DNA of 64,000 nucleotides from Selaginella moellendorffii (lineage: Eukaryota; Plantae; Lycopodiophyta): positions 1,868,374 to 1,932,373 of the forward strand of contig NW_003314272.1 of NCBI RefSeq assembly GCF_000143415.4, written 5' to 3'. Shown piece after piece: positions 34,395 to 46,986 of this stretch; position 1 is the stretch's first letter; each line of letters starts with the position of its first letter. A model generated the notes under the pieces. That model saw only the letters and a program-made list of their open reading frames with translations, ran no database searches and was not told the DNA's origin. The translations under genes were made by a program, and so were the position numbers.

Positions 34395-36121
34395 TCACTT
34401 GGGGAATGGAAGGAATGTCGTCCCATCCATGAAAGGCTGCAAAACTTCAGGCACACGTACCCCATTTCGAGTCTGATAATTTTCGACGATACAGCACATG
34501 GTTCGTTGAGTGGCTACCAATGTGCAGTTTAAGAGGTGCACAAGCTTCTTCCCCTGCAAAGAATCAACAAGAGTTATAGGCAAGCAAAAACCATGCGTAC
34601 CGATTTGATATTCAGGCTCCTCGCTTGATAATCTGTGCAGTTGGAACAGGACACCAGCTCCTCATATTTCCCCGCGGCAGGAAACCACGCCTCCAAATCA
34701 TACTTCTTCGCTGCAGCATCATTCAGCTCCCCAGACACAACGTTGACAACCTGGTAAGGTAAGCCCAGCTGCAAAACAGCAAAGGATGCTTATACACAAA
34801 GTCCCAACGCGTGAAGCTTCTATATTCTGGTACCTGTTGGTAGAAATCTTCAGAAGTTTTTATCATCTCCTCTAGCATGTCCCAGGATGTCTCTGGAGAA
34901 GTTACACAGAATTGCTCGACCTTTTGAAACTCGTGAACCCGGAAAATGCCCAGCGTATCCTTGCCATGGCTTCCGGCTTCTTTACGGAAGCAGGAAGAAT
35001 AACCAGCATATCTGCATTGCAAAACCGTTCAAGAAGCGGTCCAAGTCCAAAGACAGTACATATCCACATACCGGAGGGGGAGACTTTCTGGAGCCACGTT
35101 ATTATCCTTCAAATAGCCGCAGAGAGCCTGTTCCGAAGTGGCTATGAGATATTTCCCCTCCCCTGCGAGCTGCACAAACGCACAAACGTTTTAACAACCA
35201 GCTATGCAAGTTTCGAAACAAACATACTTCATAGAGCTCCTCGTCGAACTGAGAGAGCTGTGCGCAGCATTTCATCACAGCCTTGTCCATTAAAGTAGGC
35301 GTCTGAATCTTTCTGTAGCCACGATCTTTCAGAAACTTCAACCCAAAGTTAACGAGCGCCATGTTCAGCTCAAACCCCGGGTCCAACAGATAGTAGCCTC
35401 GATGGCCTGCCACCGCAGCACCTAGAAACAGAGCTTAAACATCAGCTCGAGATCGCCACTTGACAAAATAAATTCCACGAACTTACCCCGCTCAACATCA
35501 ACCGCATCGAGCTTTTTACACAGACTGACATGATTTTCTAGAGCCTCTTGATCTTGTCGAGGTACACCCCATTTCGTGACAACCACCTTGTCTTTCTGCA
35601 AATATCACAAGACAGTCGAGAGATCTATTGTTCTACAAGTATAACACAATGGATCTTACCTCGTTTGAGCTGACAGGCACAGAATCGTGCACGAGGTTGC
35701 CCAAAGACTTCAACTTGGAATCCAGCTCCAACTTTAACTTTGAAGCTCGCAGCTTTAGCTCAGTATGTTCATTCTCCAGGGCGCCCTTCTCCGCCAGCAG
35801 ATTTGCGGAGTCCCCATTTGTCTGATCTAGCCAAAGTCAGTGTCGTTCGGCAACTCGATCAAGGATAAGATACTCACCCGGAGAAGTTTCGCGATCTCCT
35901 TTTCAATCTTGTTGATTTCGGCGGACTTTTTCTCGAGGTTGAATTGGGCTTTAGGAAAAAGAGTGTAAAACCTCTGAAAGTTTTGAAAGGAACAGCTTAC
36001 CAGCTCGCCATTGACGATCCAGGTCGATTACATCATCTACATCCGATTCAGGTTGGAAACGGCGCCGCTGCGATTCCTTGACAAGCGCCGGATCGTCCCG
36101 CAGCAACTTAATGTCCAACAT
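34395..36121 (-). CDS. Cytosolic seryl-tRNA synthetase, multi-exon
   Basis: [19 protein letters not shown]; [11 protein letters not shown]; [11 protein letters not shown]; [34 protein letters not shown]; [14 protein letters not shown]; ENYQT. Confidence 0.95.
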
Positions 36122-36229
36122 CCTCTAGAGCCCTAAAACCCGAGACGTTATAAGCATATGCTTTGTTTTATGAGTTAATCTCAGCCGTCCATCTTCACCG
36201 TTGGGTTTTAGGGTTGATGAGGTGAGGAA
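36122..36229. promoter_or_regulatory. 108-bp bidirectional promoter (SerRS / bL25) with mirrored telo-like boxes
   Basis: ccctaaaaccc (36131-36141) and its exact reverse complement gggttttaggg (36203-36213) flank a palindromic TTATAA (36148-36153). Confidence 0.6.
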
Positions 36230-37191
36230 ATGCGAGCGCTATGGCGATCGCAGGGGAGGCGCGAGTGCATTGCGCGAAGATGGGCGGCGATCACCCGGTG
36301 GTACTCCGAATCCACAGCGGCGGTGGCGGCGGAGGAGGAGTCCGCAGCTCCGCCGCTGGCAAAGGTACCCGTCCCCCAGGAGGCTGTGCTGGATGTGCTC
36401 TACGCGGCGCCGCGGGTGGAATCCGGGACGCGGGCGTGTATGAAAATGAGGAACAAGGGCATCATCCCCGGCATTGTGTGTAGCCAGGAGGACGGGCACC
36501 AGGGCGGCCACAAGCAGCTCCTCGTCCTCAACTCCAACAAGCTCAACCTGCTGCTCAAGAAATTCGGCCAGAGCTTCTTCATGAGCCGGCTCTACACGCT
36601 GGAGCTGCGCACCGAGCCGGATCCCAAGGAAGGAGAGCTCATCTCTCGGGAGAGAGTTCTTCCTCGTCTTGTAGGTATTCATTCCTTCATCGTCTTTGCG
36701 TGTGCTTTGCTCTTGGTTGCTGTCTCACTCGATTGTTTTGGTTTGTTCTTTCCAGATCCACGTACACGCTGTGTCGGACAAGGTCCTCAACGCGACTTTC
36801 ATTAGAGCTCCTCCTCACGCGAGGCTGCGAGTGGACATACCGCTGGTGTTCATCGGAGCCGATGTCTGCCCGGGAATTCGCAAAGGTGATGGATCCTCTT
36901 CGCTTCTTCTTCCATTTTTTTTTTTCTCTTGGGCGATTCTGATCTTCTTCCTCCTCTCTCTTCCCAGGTGGATATCTCAACACGATCAGGAGAACGGTCC
37001 AGTACTACGGTGCTCCCGACTTGATCCCAAAGTATATCGAGGTGGACTTGAGCAATCTGGAGGCCGGGCAGTCGGTTCGCATCAAGGATCTCAACGTCAC
37101 CCCCGGACTCGTGGTGTATGCCATGGATCCCCGGTGGCCGGTTTGCAAGATTGTGGGAACCAGGGCCACCAGAGTGGCCACAGCCTCGTGA
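36230..37191 (+). CDS. Organellar ribosomal protein bL25 (L25/Ctc family), 3 exons
   Basis: PRVESG...C.KMR.KG.IPGIV; ERVLPR.IHVH...LNATFIRAP; VDIPLVFIG.DVCPGIRKGGYLNTIRRTV; IP.YIEVDLSNL. Confidence 0.9.
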
Positions 37192-37544
37192 AACTTCTGT
37201 TTTTTTTTTTTCTTTCTTTCCTGTCTTAATCTTCTGAGATCCTTGCAAGCTATCAGCGGTAAAAGATCTACCGGTAAAAGACTGCTTTAGTTCGATCTAT
37301 CAAACTTCTTTCGCAATCAAAAGATGGGATGGATCTCACATGATATAATCAAACAAGCGTTTATGTGTATTCTATCCTCTTTACGTCAGTTCCTCCTTTG
37401 CCAATCGGACATCAGCCGCCACTACCAGCCTCGCTCTAGAGCTAACCAGGAAAGGATTCGATGGCTCATACTGCTCTGTTTGAGCGGACTCTAGACGTCG
37501 AGCAAGTTCCGCGCCTTGTTTTTGATTAATTTTCCGTCAGTTTC

Positions 37545-37700
37545 TTCACGACACGATCCAGTACTACGGTAAGTGAACTGTAAGAACCTGGAAGCCAGTT
37601 CGCATAAAATATCTCAACGTTTCCCTGTATGCCATGGATTTCCTGGTGTCACCACTGCCTCTTGATCCTTTCCACGTTTTCTTTCTCTGCAAGTTGTCGT
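37545..37700 (+). pseudogene. Degenerate tandem copy of the last bL25 exon
   Basis: tccagtactacggt, ctgga.gcc...gttcgcat.aa..atctcaacgt and tgtatgccatggat match 36998-37128. Confidence 0.65.
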
Positions 37701-37839
37701 GGTGATGAATCTCAGAGTGCTAAGAGCTGCTGAAAACTTAAAGAAGCCGCTTTCTAGTCTTGCTCGTAGTAAATGCCAAGCCCGCTGTGTTTGCAAAGCT
37801 CTAGCTTCGCGGGACGGGCGAAACGAAAGATGAAAGCAC

Positions 37840-38184
37840 TTAACTGGTAATAGTAGCCATATGTGTTGGCTTGCTTTGGCCCGCCATTATCACCACGATC
37901 CTCTCGCAGCTTGTGGTACTTTCATCATACTTCATCGTCGGCGGTGGCTTTGCACAGTCGTAATGATCTTCCATAGCAGCAGCAGTAGCAGCAGCGGGAG
38001 AGGAGCTGTAGTAGCGCCTGAGATGAGGCCACGCGAGTATCGTCAAGGCGATCGTGACGAGAACGACCATCGCGACGAGACCGGCCAGCAAGTATGGAAG
38101 TGGAGACTGCAGCACCGGGCACGGATCGTTTACTACATCGTCGGACGAGGCAGCCATGCCGGAGCAATTCGATCTGTGAGACAT
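37840..38184 (-). CDS. GDU: GLUTAMINE DUMPER family single-pass membrane protein
   Basis: SPLPYL.AGL.AM..L..IAL.ILA transmembrane segment and C-terminal IVVIMAG..KPT.MA motif. Confidence 0.88.
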   Translation of the reverse strand: MSHRSNCSGMAASSDDVVNDPCPVLQSPLPYLLAGLVAMVVLVTIALTILAWPHLRRYYSSSPAAATAAAMEDHYDCAKPPPTMKYDESTTSCERIVVIMAGQSKPTHMATITS

Positions 38185-38693
38185 TTTTCTTCCCTTCTGA
38201 GTACAAAAATGAAATGTAATCATCATACCTTTAAATTGCTGGCGAATGAACTGTTTGCTCTTTTCGAAAGCTTGACTAAAATATTTCTTTCATGGATTTC
38301 GGCTAAGATAGTGGAGGGTACGATTTTATACGGTTCATACTTGACAGTGGAGTGCTGCCAATCAAATCAACCGCGTTAGTGGATGAGTATCAATAGATTC
38401 TCTAGTGTTTGTAGCAAATGTCCTAGCAGCCCTTCCACTAACCAAGAAAGAGTGAATCTTTTCTCACCCACCTTTGAAGATGCATTTCATTCATGTGTGT
38501 TACAGGCGAAACTTTCACGGGTGGCGCTGTCCCCCACTTCCGTCTACGGTGTGAATTCATTGCCGGGACACTTGTCGTAGTAATGTAACTCCAGCGTTAA
38601 GCCAGAAGAACAGTGACCATCAGATTGCGTTCTATCACAAAGTCGGGAATCCCAGGTAAGAAACAGGAGAGCGGCCAAGTACCTGGATCGGGA

Positions 38694-40052
38694 ATGGAGA
38701 AATTCGCAGCAGCATTGGGTGTCTGCCACCGCCCTCTAGTGTGGCAGCAGTTAGTCGGAGGTGCCGTCTCTGGCTCGAGGGACTCTCGCCAGGGGTTTTT
38801 GCAATGCTCATGCTTCGAGCGAAGAATCTTACGGCACCGGAAAGCTGCTAGAGTGCTAGCCCCACGGGCTGCTCGCCTCGTCCTCACTACTGCTTCCGTA
38901 AGTTTCAGCCTTTGCGAAATCTCCGTTCTGATAGTGCTGCTGTCGTCAATCACTGTAGGAATCGGATGACGCCGCTGTCGAAGAGTCGGGTGAGTTATCG
39001 GAGAGCTAGAAACTGTTTAATGACGTCCTGACCTGTCCTTGTAGAAGAAGTGATGCCGATGGTTACCACGACCTTTATGTTGCAAAAAAAATGCGACTAT
39101 GGCGAGCGGTTTGCTGTCGTTGGTGCGAGCCCTTTACTGGGAGCATGGGATCCAGCAGCGGGCGTTTCTATGGACTGGTCCGAAGATCACGTCTGGAAGT
39201 GCCAAATAGTAAGTCGTATTGAGTTCGTGGGGTGAATTGCGGAGCAGCTGACAGCCTGATGCTATGATCTAGGACCTGCCTGTCGGAGAACAATACGAGT
39301 ACAAGTTCGTCCTTACAAGCAAGAAAGCAGTACCTGAATGGCAACCTGGTCCAAATCGAATTTTCAAGACAGACGACGCCGAGTCGCCTTTGATAGTCTC
39401 TGAAAGCTGGGAAAGCACGGAAATGGGCCCCTCGTTAGAAACAGGTGACGCACCCGAAACTCTTTCAAAGCTGGTGGAGGACATTCTAGAGGAATCAACT
39501 GCTTCTGCAGTTGTCGAGGACGTTCTAGACGCAGCAGCTGACACAGTCTCAAAACTGGTAAACGAAGCTCTTGACAAAGCAGGGGAAAATGTTCCAGAGC
39601 TGGGCAAAACAGCAGGAGGTAAAGGAGTTGACGGAACAGGTATTGTCGAGAAAGAGGAGGCAGGTGCTGCGGCTAAAGTAGCAGAAGAATCCGAGCCGGA
39701 AAAAGGAAGCAAAGATGAACAGTCGACGAATCAAGGAAAAACGAAATCGGTGGTTACTTTTGACAATATGGAAGAAGATGAATCTCCAGATTCTGAAAGT
39801 TCAAAGGACACCTCATCAGAAAGTTCTGAGGAAGAGGAGGGACACTCAGCTTCTCTAGCTGTGGTTACTCCCCAGCCAGAGTGTACGAGCGACGTACCAG
39901 AAGACTCAAAGGGATTCAAAAGCTTCAAGTTCGAGGCTCAGCCAGCTACAGGAACGAAAACAGACCACCAAGCTGAAAATGGTCAGCCTGACGGAATCGA
40001 AGATGATGGTTCAGTTTCTGTTCCGGCCAACAAAGAGCAGGAGATTAAATGA
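38694..40052 (+). CDS. CBM20 starch-binding-domain protein with transit-peptide-like N-terminus and acidic tail
   Basis: F.LQKKCDYGERFAVVG..PLLGAWDP...MDWSE.HVW | EYKFVL...EWQPGPNR. Confidence 0.82.
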
Positions 40053-40650
40053 TGGTTGCGTAGTCGAGACTCATACCTTGAATCACTAGTAAGTGTTTCC
40101 AGCGAGAAACCCGAGTAGACTTGTAGCTTGGGGACTTAGTAGCAGCCTTGGCTCGAAGCTCACGGATCTCGACATCGAGTCTGCATTCACAAGTATCACG
40201 CGTTAGACAAGAAGCAAAAGGCAACCTTGGATCAATAAGATTGTGTGCTATCAACGTTCTCTCTCTATTCTTCCAAGCTTCTCGCATTTTTCTTAAGCTG
40301 CTTCGCGACTAAGAATCTAGTGAAAAAAACTACGAGTTCCAGGATCCAGGAACATACCTTGAGAGTTTGGACCTTCAAGTAGACCGCATCGGCAAGTACC
40401 AAGGCTGTGCGATTGAGTCGAATCAAATCACTCTGAGTGATCGCTGCTCAAAATCTCGGGAATCCTGCACTGCCGCGTAAAATCCTTCCATACATTCGCA
40501 GGCGCTCCTTACCGCTAGGGCCTCGTCGCTAGGGCTTACAACATTAGCATGGCGGGATTTTCAAAATAATGCCACGCAAGTGCCTGACGTGGCCATTTCT
40601 TCCAACGTCTCTGAGAGATTTGGGCTTTAGGTTGAAGCTACCTAGCAGCA

Positions 40651-43225
40651 ATGCTGAGCCCTCGAGTCTCTACGCCGCGGCGATCGCGCCTTGGAGTGAT
40701 CTCTCCCATGAGGAAGACGCCCGTCACGGCATCGCCAATGAAGCCCCGGCGCTCCAAGGTTCGTGTTGTGTCTAGACTACGCCCTTTCTGTTTGGACGAG
40801 GCCGAGAGGAATCAATGCGTCCGCAAGAGCGAGGACACCATCGAGATCTGTGACGAGAAAACCACGTAAGTGATTCTCTCCATTTCCTTCCCGACTGACT
40901 GAATTCATTCTACTAGCAGTCAAATTGAATCTTTCAAGCTGGATTGCTGCTATGGAGAGTCGGATGATCTCGCCCAAATTTTCAAAGCCGAGGTGGAACC
41001 AGTGATACCGCTGCTCTTTTGTGGTTGCAATGCCACAGTCTTTGCCTATGGAGCTACTGGAAGCGGGAAAACCTACACGATGCAGGTGGATCATGCTTGT
41101 AAATCTTTTCTTTGCGCTAACTGGATGCTTTTCAGGGAGAAGAACAAAATCCCGGTCTCATGGTTCTGGGACTGATGCATATCCTGTCCTTGGCCGAGCG
41201 TGATGCTAAATGCAAAATCGAGCTTTCCTACTACGAGCTTTACATGGAGCGTTGTTACGATCTCCTGGAGCCAAAGTCGGGTGAACTACCTATTCTAGAA
41301 GACAGTGATGGTAATATCCAGCTTCGGGGACTTGCTCAGGTGCAGAAGTTTTCTACAAATTTCGTTTTTGTGACAATATTCGCCTTTTCTACATTTGCAG
41401 GTTCAAGTCAAATCGTTGAAAGAATTTCAAGATCTGTTTGCAAAAGGTTGCTCGAACCGAAAGATTGGTGTCACCGGACTAAACGCCGCTTCCAGCCGCA
41501 GTCACAGTGTGTTGGTGGTGACTGTGACAAACACTGACGAAGAAAACACGACTTTGCCGTTGGTTGGAAAGCTGAGCCTCATAGATCTTGCAGGTTCCTT
41601 GATGCTATTTTCTTCAAGGTTCTTTCTTGAATACTTATTTTGTTTGTAGGAAACGAGGACACCCGACGGTCAGGTACTGATGGCATTCGCCTTGTTGAAA
41701 GCGGCAGGATCAATCAATCGCTCTTCGTTTTATCGAACGTGATCAACGCTTTGAATGCGAACGAAAAGAGGGTGCCATATCGAGACAGCAAGCTAACTCG
41801 CATTTTACAGGATTCCCTAGGTGGAACGAGTTGCGCGCTAATGATTGCTTGCCTGGTATGTGATTCTATTGTATCACAAGTTTATGCTAAGAGTGTTTCT
41901 TGCGACAGAGTCCTGGGTCTTACATGGAAGCGGCACAGACGTTGCGTCTGGCAGTAAGATCAAGGCAGATTGCAAATCCTGACAGTATTGAATCGCCAGT
42001 CGACACAGATTCAAAATTTAAACCTGCAAGGAAATCTCTTGTCAATTCTCCCTTGAAACTTTCAAGCCCGGTGCAGAATAAGCCTTCGAGCAAGTCTCCT
42101 TCTCGGTTTGGACAGCGGCTCACATTGAAAAGAGTTCAAGCTGGGTCTTCTTCTTGTTCTAGGTACGGAGTGATATGGTTAATTTTTCTTTTCTTTCTGA
42201 CGAGTTTAATAGTTCCAGGACCGAGACATCCTACCGTGAGTCAGCAATCTTCTCAATTGTTGAAGTAAGTTTAATGTGTAATATCCCGCATAACGAATCA
42301 TGTTTCTCTGCAGGACGTGCCGGCACTAGAGAATGGGCAGGAAACCAACACTGATCCTAAAGAAAAGCCAGAGGAGGCAGAGGAAGTGTGCTCGTCATTA
42401 GAAACAAATTCGTGCTCTCCCTTTGCGAAAGAAGCAAACGTTCGTCAAGGTATTCGCTGCTGGCTATTTATTTATCTACTCAACAGTGTGTACAGAGTTG
42501 ACGAGCATCACAAGTCAGGAGGACGATATGCAATGTACACCACAAGAAAAAACTTTTGTTCCCTCCAATTCCCCGCCCTTGAGCTCAATGCTTCGGAACC
42601 TCGGGAGCTCTCTGAGAGAAGCACTGACACCTCTACCAATCAACTTCACTCCTCAAAGAAGCTTGGAACTTTGTACACCGAGATATGACGATGTTCAACA
42701 AATCTCAAATTGTGGCTGGACTGCTGTTGAACGATTTACCAACAACAGTCGCGATTTACAGGTGAGAATATGAGTTCTTCTGATTAGTTTGGTATCGATT
42801 TGGTGGTGCTTGCTTTCGCAGGGAGCTCTTTTGAAAGAATACCTTGATATTCTCAACACTGGAACTAGAGAAGATTTGCTCTCACTCAAGGTACATCCTT
42901 TATTTCTTGACGAGGAAAATTATTTGATTAATGTACAGGGTGTTGGAAAGAAGCGTGCAGATGCCATATTGAAGCTCCGTGAAGCTAATTGTGAAGCTCC
43001 TTTCAACCAAGTAAGTGTGTAACATTTTTTCTCATCGCTCAACGATTAACATTGTGTATTCCAGCTTAGAGATCTTCAAAAAATTGGACTCAGTGCAAAG
43101 CAAGTAAGTGAATAAATCTTTCCCTCTCTTTTTCTACGTTGAAGCTTTTGCTGTGGATTTTCTTTCAGGCTGAGAAGCTTTTCCAAGGAACCGTTGTTCG
43201 CCAAGTTTTAAGCATGAAGCACTGA
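40651..43225 (+). CDS. Kinesin-10 (KIF22/Kid-like) motor with C-terminal helix-hairpin-helix, multi-exon
   Basis: KVRVV.RLRPF; [14 protein letters not shown]; SSRSHSVL; LIDLAGNED; [19 protein letters not shown]; [13 protein letters not shown]|GVGKKRA. Confidence 0.9.
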
Positions 43226-43275
43226 TAATATCAGTGTAATGTACTATTATGTGAAGCGTTCTACATGGGTGCTCC

Positions 43276-45102
43276 ATGGAAGCCACTTTCCAGGACTATA
43301 TCACTCTCATCAAATCGTGCAAGAGTCTCCCTCAAGCCAAGAGCGTCCACTCGAGAATTCCCTCTCGTCTTCTCTCGCCCTCGTCTCACAATTCCCTCTT
43401 TCTCTCCAACACCCTCATCCAAATGTATGGTCGATGTGGCAGTGTCGAGCAAGCGCGCATCATATTCGACTCCATTCCGCACAAGAACACGTTCTCCTGG
43501 GCCTTGATGCAATCGGCCTACGCAAGAAACGGGCATCTCGATCTCGCTAAGAAGTTCTTCGACACAATGCCCGAGAGAAATCCCGAGTCGTGGAACGCAA
43601 TGCTCACTGCGTATTGCAAAGCTGGGAACTGGCAGGTCGCGAAGGATGTCTTTGACCGAATGCCGCGGTGGGATCTTATGGCACTAAACACTATGCTTGC
43701 AGCGTTTGCCCAGAACGGGCATTTGTATGATGCTCAACTTTTATTTATGGCCATGGCCGAGAAAAATCTGATCACCTGGACGGTAGTGGTGGTCGGATTT
43801 TCTCACAAGTGTAGTCTTGAGAAAGTAAGTGCGTTGTTTAAGTGCATGCCTGAGCACGACGTTGCTTGCTTAAATGCCATGATCACTGCATATGCCCAGA
43901 ACGGGCATTTGGAAAAGGCTGAACTCTTGTTCCACGGGATGGCCGAGCGAGACGTGATCTCATGGACCGCGCTGCTTGCCGGGCTCTCGCAAAACGGCCT
44001 CTCTCGCAAGTCCGAGCTCGTCTTCGCGTCCATGCCCGAGTGGGACACCGTTTCGTGGACTGCGATGCTGGACGTGTACATTCAAGCCGGGGAGCTCGAC
44101 AACGCCAGGAAGATCTTCCACGAGATGAAGGAAAAAAACCATTTTGCGTGGAACTCAATGCTAGCCGGGTGTGCGCAGTATGGATCTCTAAAGGAGACGA
44201 GAGAACTCTACGAGAGAATGCCGGAGCGAGACGTGATCTCTTGGACCGCGATGCTCACCGCGTATGCCCGAGCGGGGATGATAGAGCAGTGTAAGCACTT
44301 GTTTGACACAATGCCGTGCTGGAGCTTGGTTTCGTGGTCAGCCATGCTCACTGCATACGCGCAGCACGATCTTGTGGACGAAGCTCGGGATCTTCTTGCA
44401 AGAATGCCGGAGCTCAGCGTCGTCCCGGTGTCCGCCATGATCTCGGCGTATGCCCGGAGCGGCGAGCTCGGCGAGGCCTTGAGCCTGTTCTACGCGATGC
44501 CACAGTGGGATACCGCGGCGTGGAACACTCTCCTCTCGGCCTACGCTCACAAGGGCCTCCTCAAGCACGCGAAAGAAGTCTTTCACAGCATCCCAGCCCG
44601 CGACTCCATCTCGTGGAACGCGATCATCGCGGCGTGCTCGCAAAAGGGCGAGCCGCGCGATGCGCTGGAGCTGTTCCACGAGATGCAACGCGAGGGGCTC
44701 CAGCCGGACGAGGCCACCTTCGTGTGCGTCATGGTGGGATGCAGCTACGGCGGCGTGTTTGATCGCGGGAAGAGATGCTTTGTGTCCATGGTGATGGATC
44801 ACGGCGTGACGCCGACGAGGCAGAGCTACTCGTGCGTAGCGGACGTGCTGTGCCGCGCGGGACACCTGAGTGACGCGCGGGATCTCGTCGCCAACATGCC
44901 GTTCCTCCCGGAGCTCGTCGAGTGGAGGCGCTTGCTCGCGGCGGCGTGCTCGGCGTCGAGCCATGGCTGCGAGAAGAGCATGGTCGAGCTTGGAAGAAAT
45001 GCCGCTGACAATGCCGTGAAGCTGGACGCGCGGCACGGTGCCGCCTATGTTCTTCTCTCAAACATCTACGAGAAGGCGGACCTCCACTCTTACAAACAGT
45101 GA
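43276..45102 (+). CDS. PLS-E class PPR protein with long runs of short motifs
   Basis: Many FD.MPERD..SW.AML.AYA..G units; YSCVADVLCRAG; MPFLP...W; AAYVLLSNIY. N-terminus is paralogous to the 9224-11098 gene. Confidence 0.93.
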   Translation: MEATFQDYITLIKSCKSLPQAKSVHSRIPSRLLSPSSHNSLFLSNTLIQMYGRCGSVEQARIIFDSIPHKNTFSWALMQSAYARNGHLDLAKKFFDTMPERNPESWNAMLTAYCKAGNWQVAKDVFDRMPRWDLMALNTMLAAFAQNGHLYDAQLLFMAMAEKNLITWTVVVVGFSHKCSLEKVSALFKCMPEHDVACLNAMITAYAQNGHLEKAELLFHGMAERDVISWTALLAGLSQNGLSRKSELVFASMPEWDTVSWTAMLDVYIQAGELDNARKIFHEMKEKNHFAWNSMLAGCAQYGSLKETRELYERMPERDVISWTAMLTAYARAGMIEQCKHLFDTMPCWSLVSWSAMLTAYAQHDLVDEARDLLARMPELSVVPVSAMISAYARSGELGEALSLFYAMPQWDTAAWNTLLSAYAHKGLLKHAKEVFHSIPARDSISWNAIIAACSQKGEPRDALELFHEMQREGLQPDEATFVCVMVGCSYGGVFDRGKRCFVSMVMDHGVTPTRQSYSCVADVLCRAGHLSDARDLVANMPFLPELVEWRRLLAAACSASSHGCEKSMVELGRNAADNAVKLDARHGAAYVLLSNIYEKADLHSYKQ

Positions 45103-45288
45103 CAAGCTTCCTCTCGGGACGGACCAAAATGCGATTTTTCTTGGATGAATCGACAGCTCGCGTGGCCGGAGTGACTATTGGACAGCTGGACCACCACATT
45201 CTTGTTCGTAGGCTTTCGTTCCGACTTATCGAAGAGGACACTCTGGAATCTTCTTATAGTTCTAAGTCACTGGGGATCTGGGAAAGCT

Positions 45289-46841
45289 ATGGAGTTTCTC
45301 CGGTTGGCACTGGCATTTCTCAAGGCACTGGTTTTCAAGCTCGGATGTATGAGCAAGAGCAGCAGCAAAAGTTTTAGCTTGCCGCCATCACCACGGGCAG
45401 TTCCACTCCTGGGCCATCTCCATCTTCTTGGTAAGCTCCCCCACCAGTCCTTGCAAAAGCTCGCCTCGAGGTATGGAGACGTGATGCTCCTCAAGCTCGG
45501 AAGCCACAGGACGCTTGTCATCTCCTCCGCCGAGGCTGCTCGAGCGGTGCTCAAGACACACGACCACGTCTTCTCGTCCAGGCCTTCCACTGTCGCTGGC
45601 AAGATCTTCGGCTATGGAGGCGCTGGCCTGGTTTGGGCACCTTATGGAGAACACTGGAGGACCGTCAGGAAGCTGTGTACGCTGGAGCTCCTCACTGCCA
45701 AGCGCGTGGAGACGTCCCATCCCGTTCGGAAGCGCGAGATGGCGTTCGTGCTGGATGAGCTCTCTCGCCACCAGCAGTCGGACAAGCAGCTCGAGCCGGT
45801 GGATTTGACGACGAAGCTCTCGGATCTCACCTTCAACATCATGACGAGGATGGTGATGAACAAGAGCTACTTGACGGGAACCTCGGCCGAGAAGGAGGCG
45901 GCGGTGAGATTCAAGGACTTGATCACGGAAGCGTTTGTGGTCGGGACGAGTTGTCTCAGCGATTCCTTCTCGTGGTTGGCGTGGGTCGACCCGCAGGCGA
46001 GGAAGATGGAGAGGATCCACCAGCAGCAGGACGCGTACTTGTCTAAGCAGATCGCCGAGCACCGCCAGCAGCCAGGCAGCAACGGAGATTTCCTCGACGT
46101 GATGCTGGCTATGGAGGAACTGAGCGACACTTCCATCAAATCACTCAGCCAGGTACGCTAAAGTTTTCGTTATTCTTGTTTCTAGCCGATGATCCAAGCG
46201 TCACGCAGGACATGCTCGGGGCAGGAACTGATACTACCGCTGTGACAGTGGAGTGGGCTCTATCCGAGCTTGTGAAAGATCCAGCGTTGCTTCGCCGTGC
46301 CCAAGAAGAACTCACGGAAATGGTCGGGGACAAAGCCATGGTGGACGAGAGCGATCTTCCAAAGCTCCGGTACCTCCAAGCAGTCGTCAAAGAGACACTC
46401 CGCCTCCATCCCGCCGGGCCACTGCTCCTCCCACACGAATCCGCAGAGGCCTGCGTGCTGGAGAACTACACCATCCCCGCGAAAACTCGAGTGATCGTCA
46501 ATGCGTATGCGATCGCGAGGGATTCGCGGTGGTGGGACGAGCCTCTTAAGTTTGATCCCGAGAGATTTCTCGAGAAGTGCCAGGGAATGGACGTGAGAGG
46601 CCAGAGCTTCGAGTACTTGCCCTTCGGATCGGGAAGGAGGGGCTGCCCAGGCGTGACTTTGGGAATGACCACTGTGATGTTCATCCTGGCGAACTTGATC
46701 CATGCTTTCGATTGGAAATTGGCGAGCGGGGAGGAGATGGACATGACCGAAGCGTTCGGGGTCACGGTTCCCAGAGCTTCTCCGCTCAAGCTCGTCCCAT
46801 CTTCTCTAAACTTGGAATTCCCGCCAAAATTTAAAAGCTAG
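45289..46841 (+). CDS. Cytochrome P450, CYP71 clan (A-type), one intron at 46153-46209
   Basis: LPPSP..VPLLGHLHLL; WRTVRK; AGTDTT; KETLRLHP; FDPERF; PFGSGRRGCPG heme motif. Confidence 0.95.
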
Positions 46842-46986
46842 GGCTACTGAATCCAATCGTGCGGCTGGGATTGGCCGTGGAGCTTGTTGCCATTGTCCCT
46901 TCTCATCTCTCTACTCTGCCTGGGCAAACTCTAGGTCACACATCTTCTTGTTCTTGCGGAGGAAATATTTCCTCTCGAGCTGGGAG

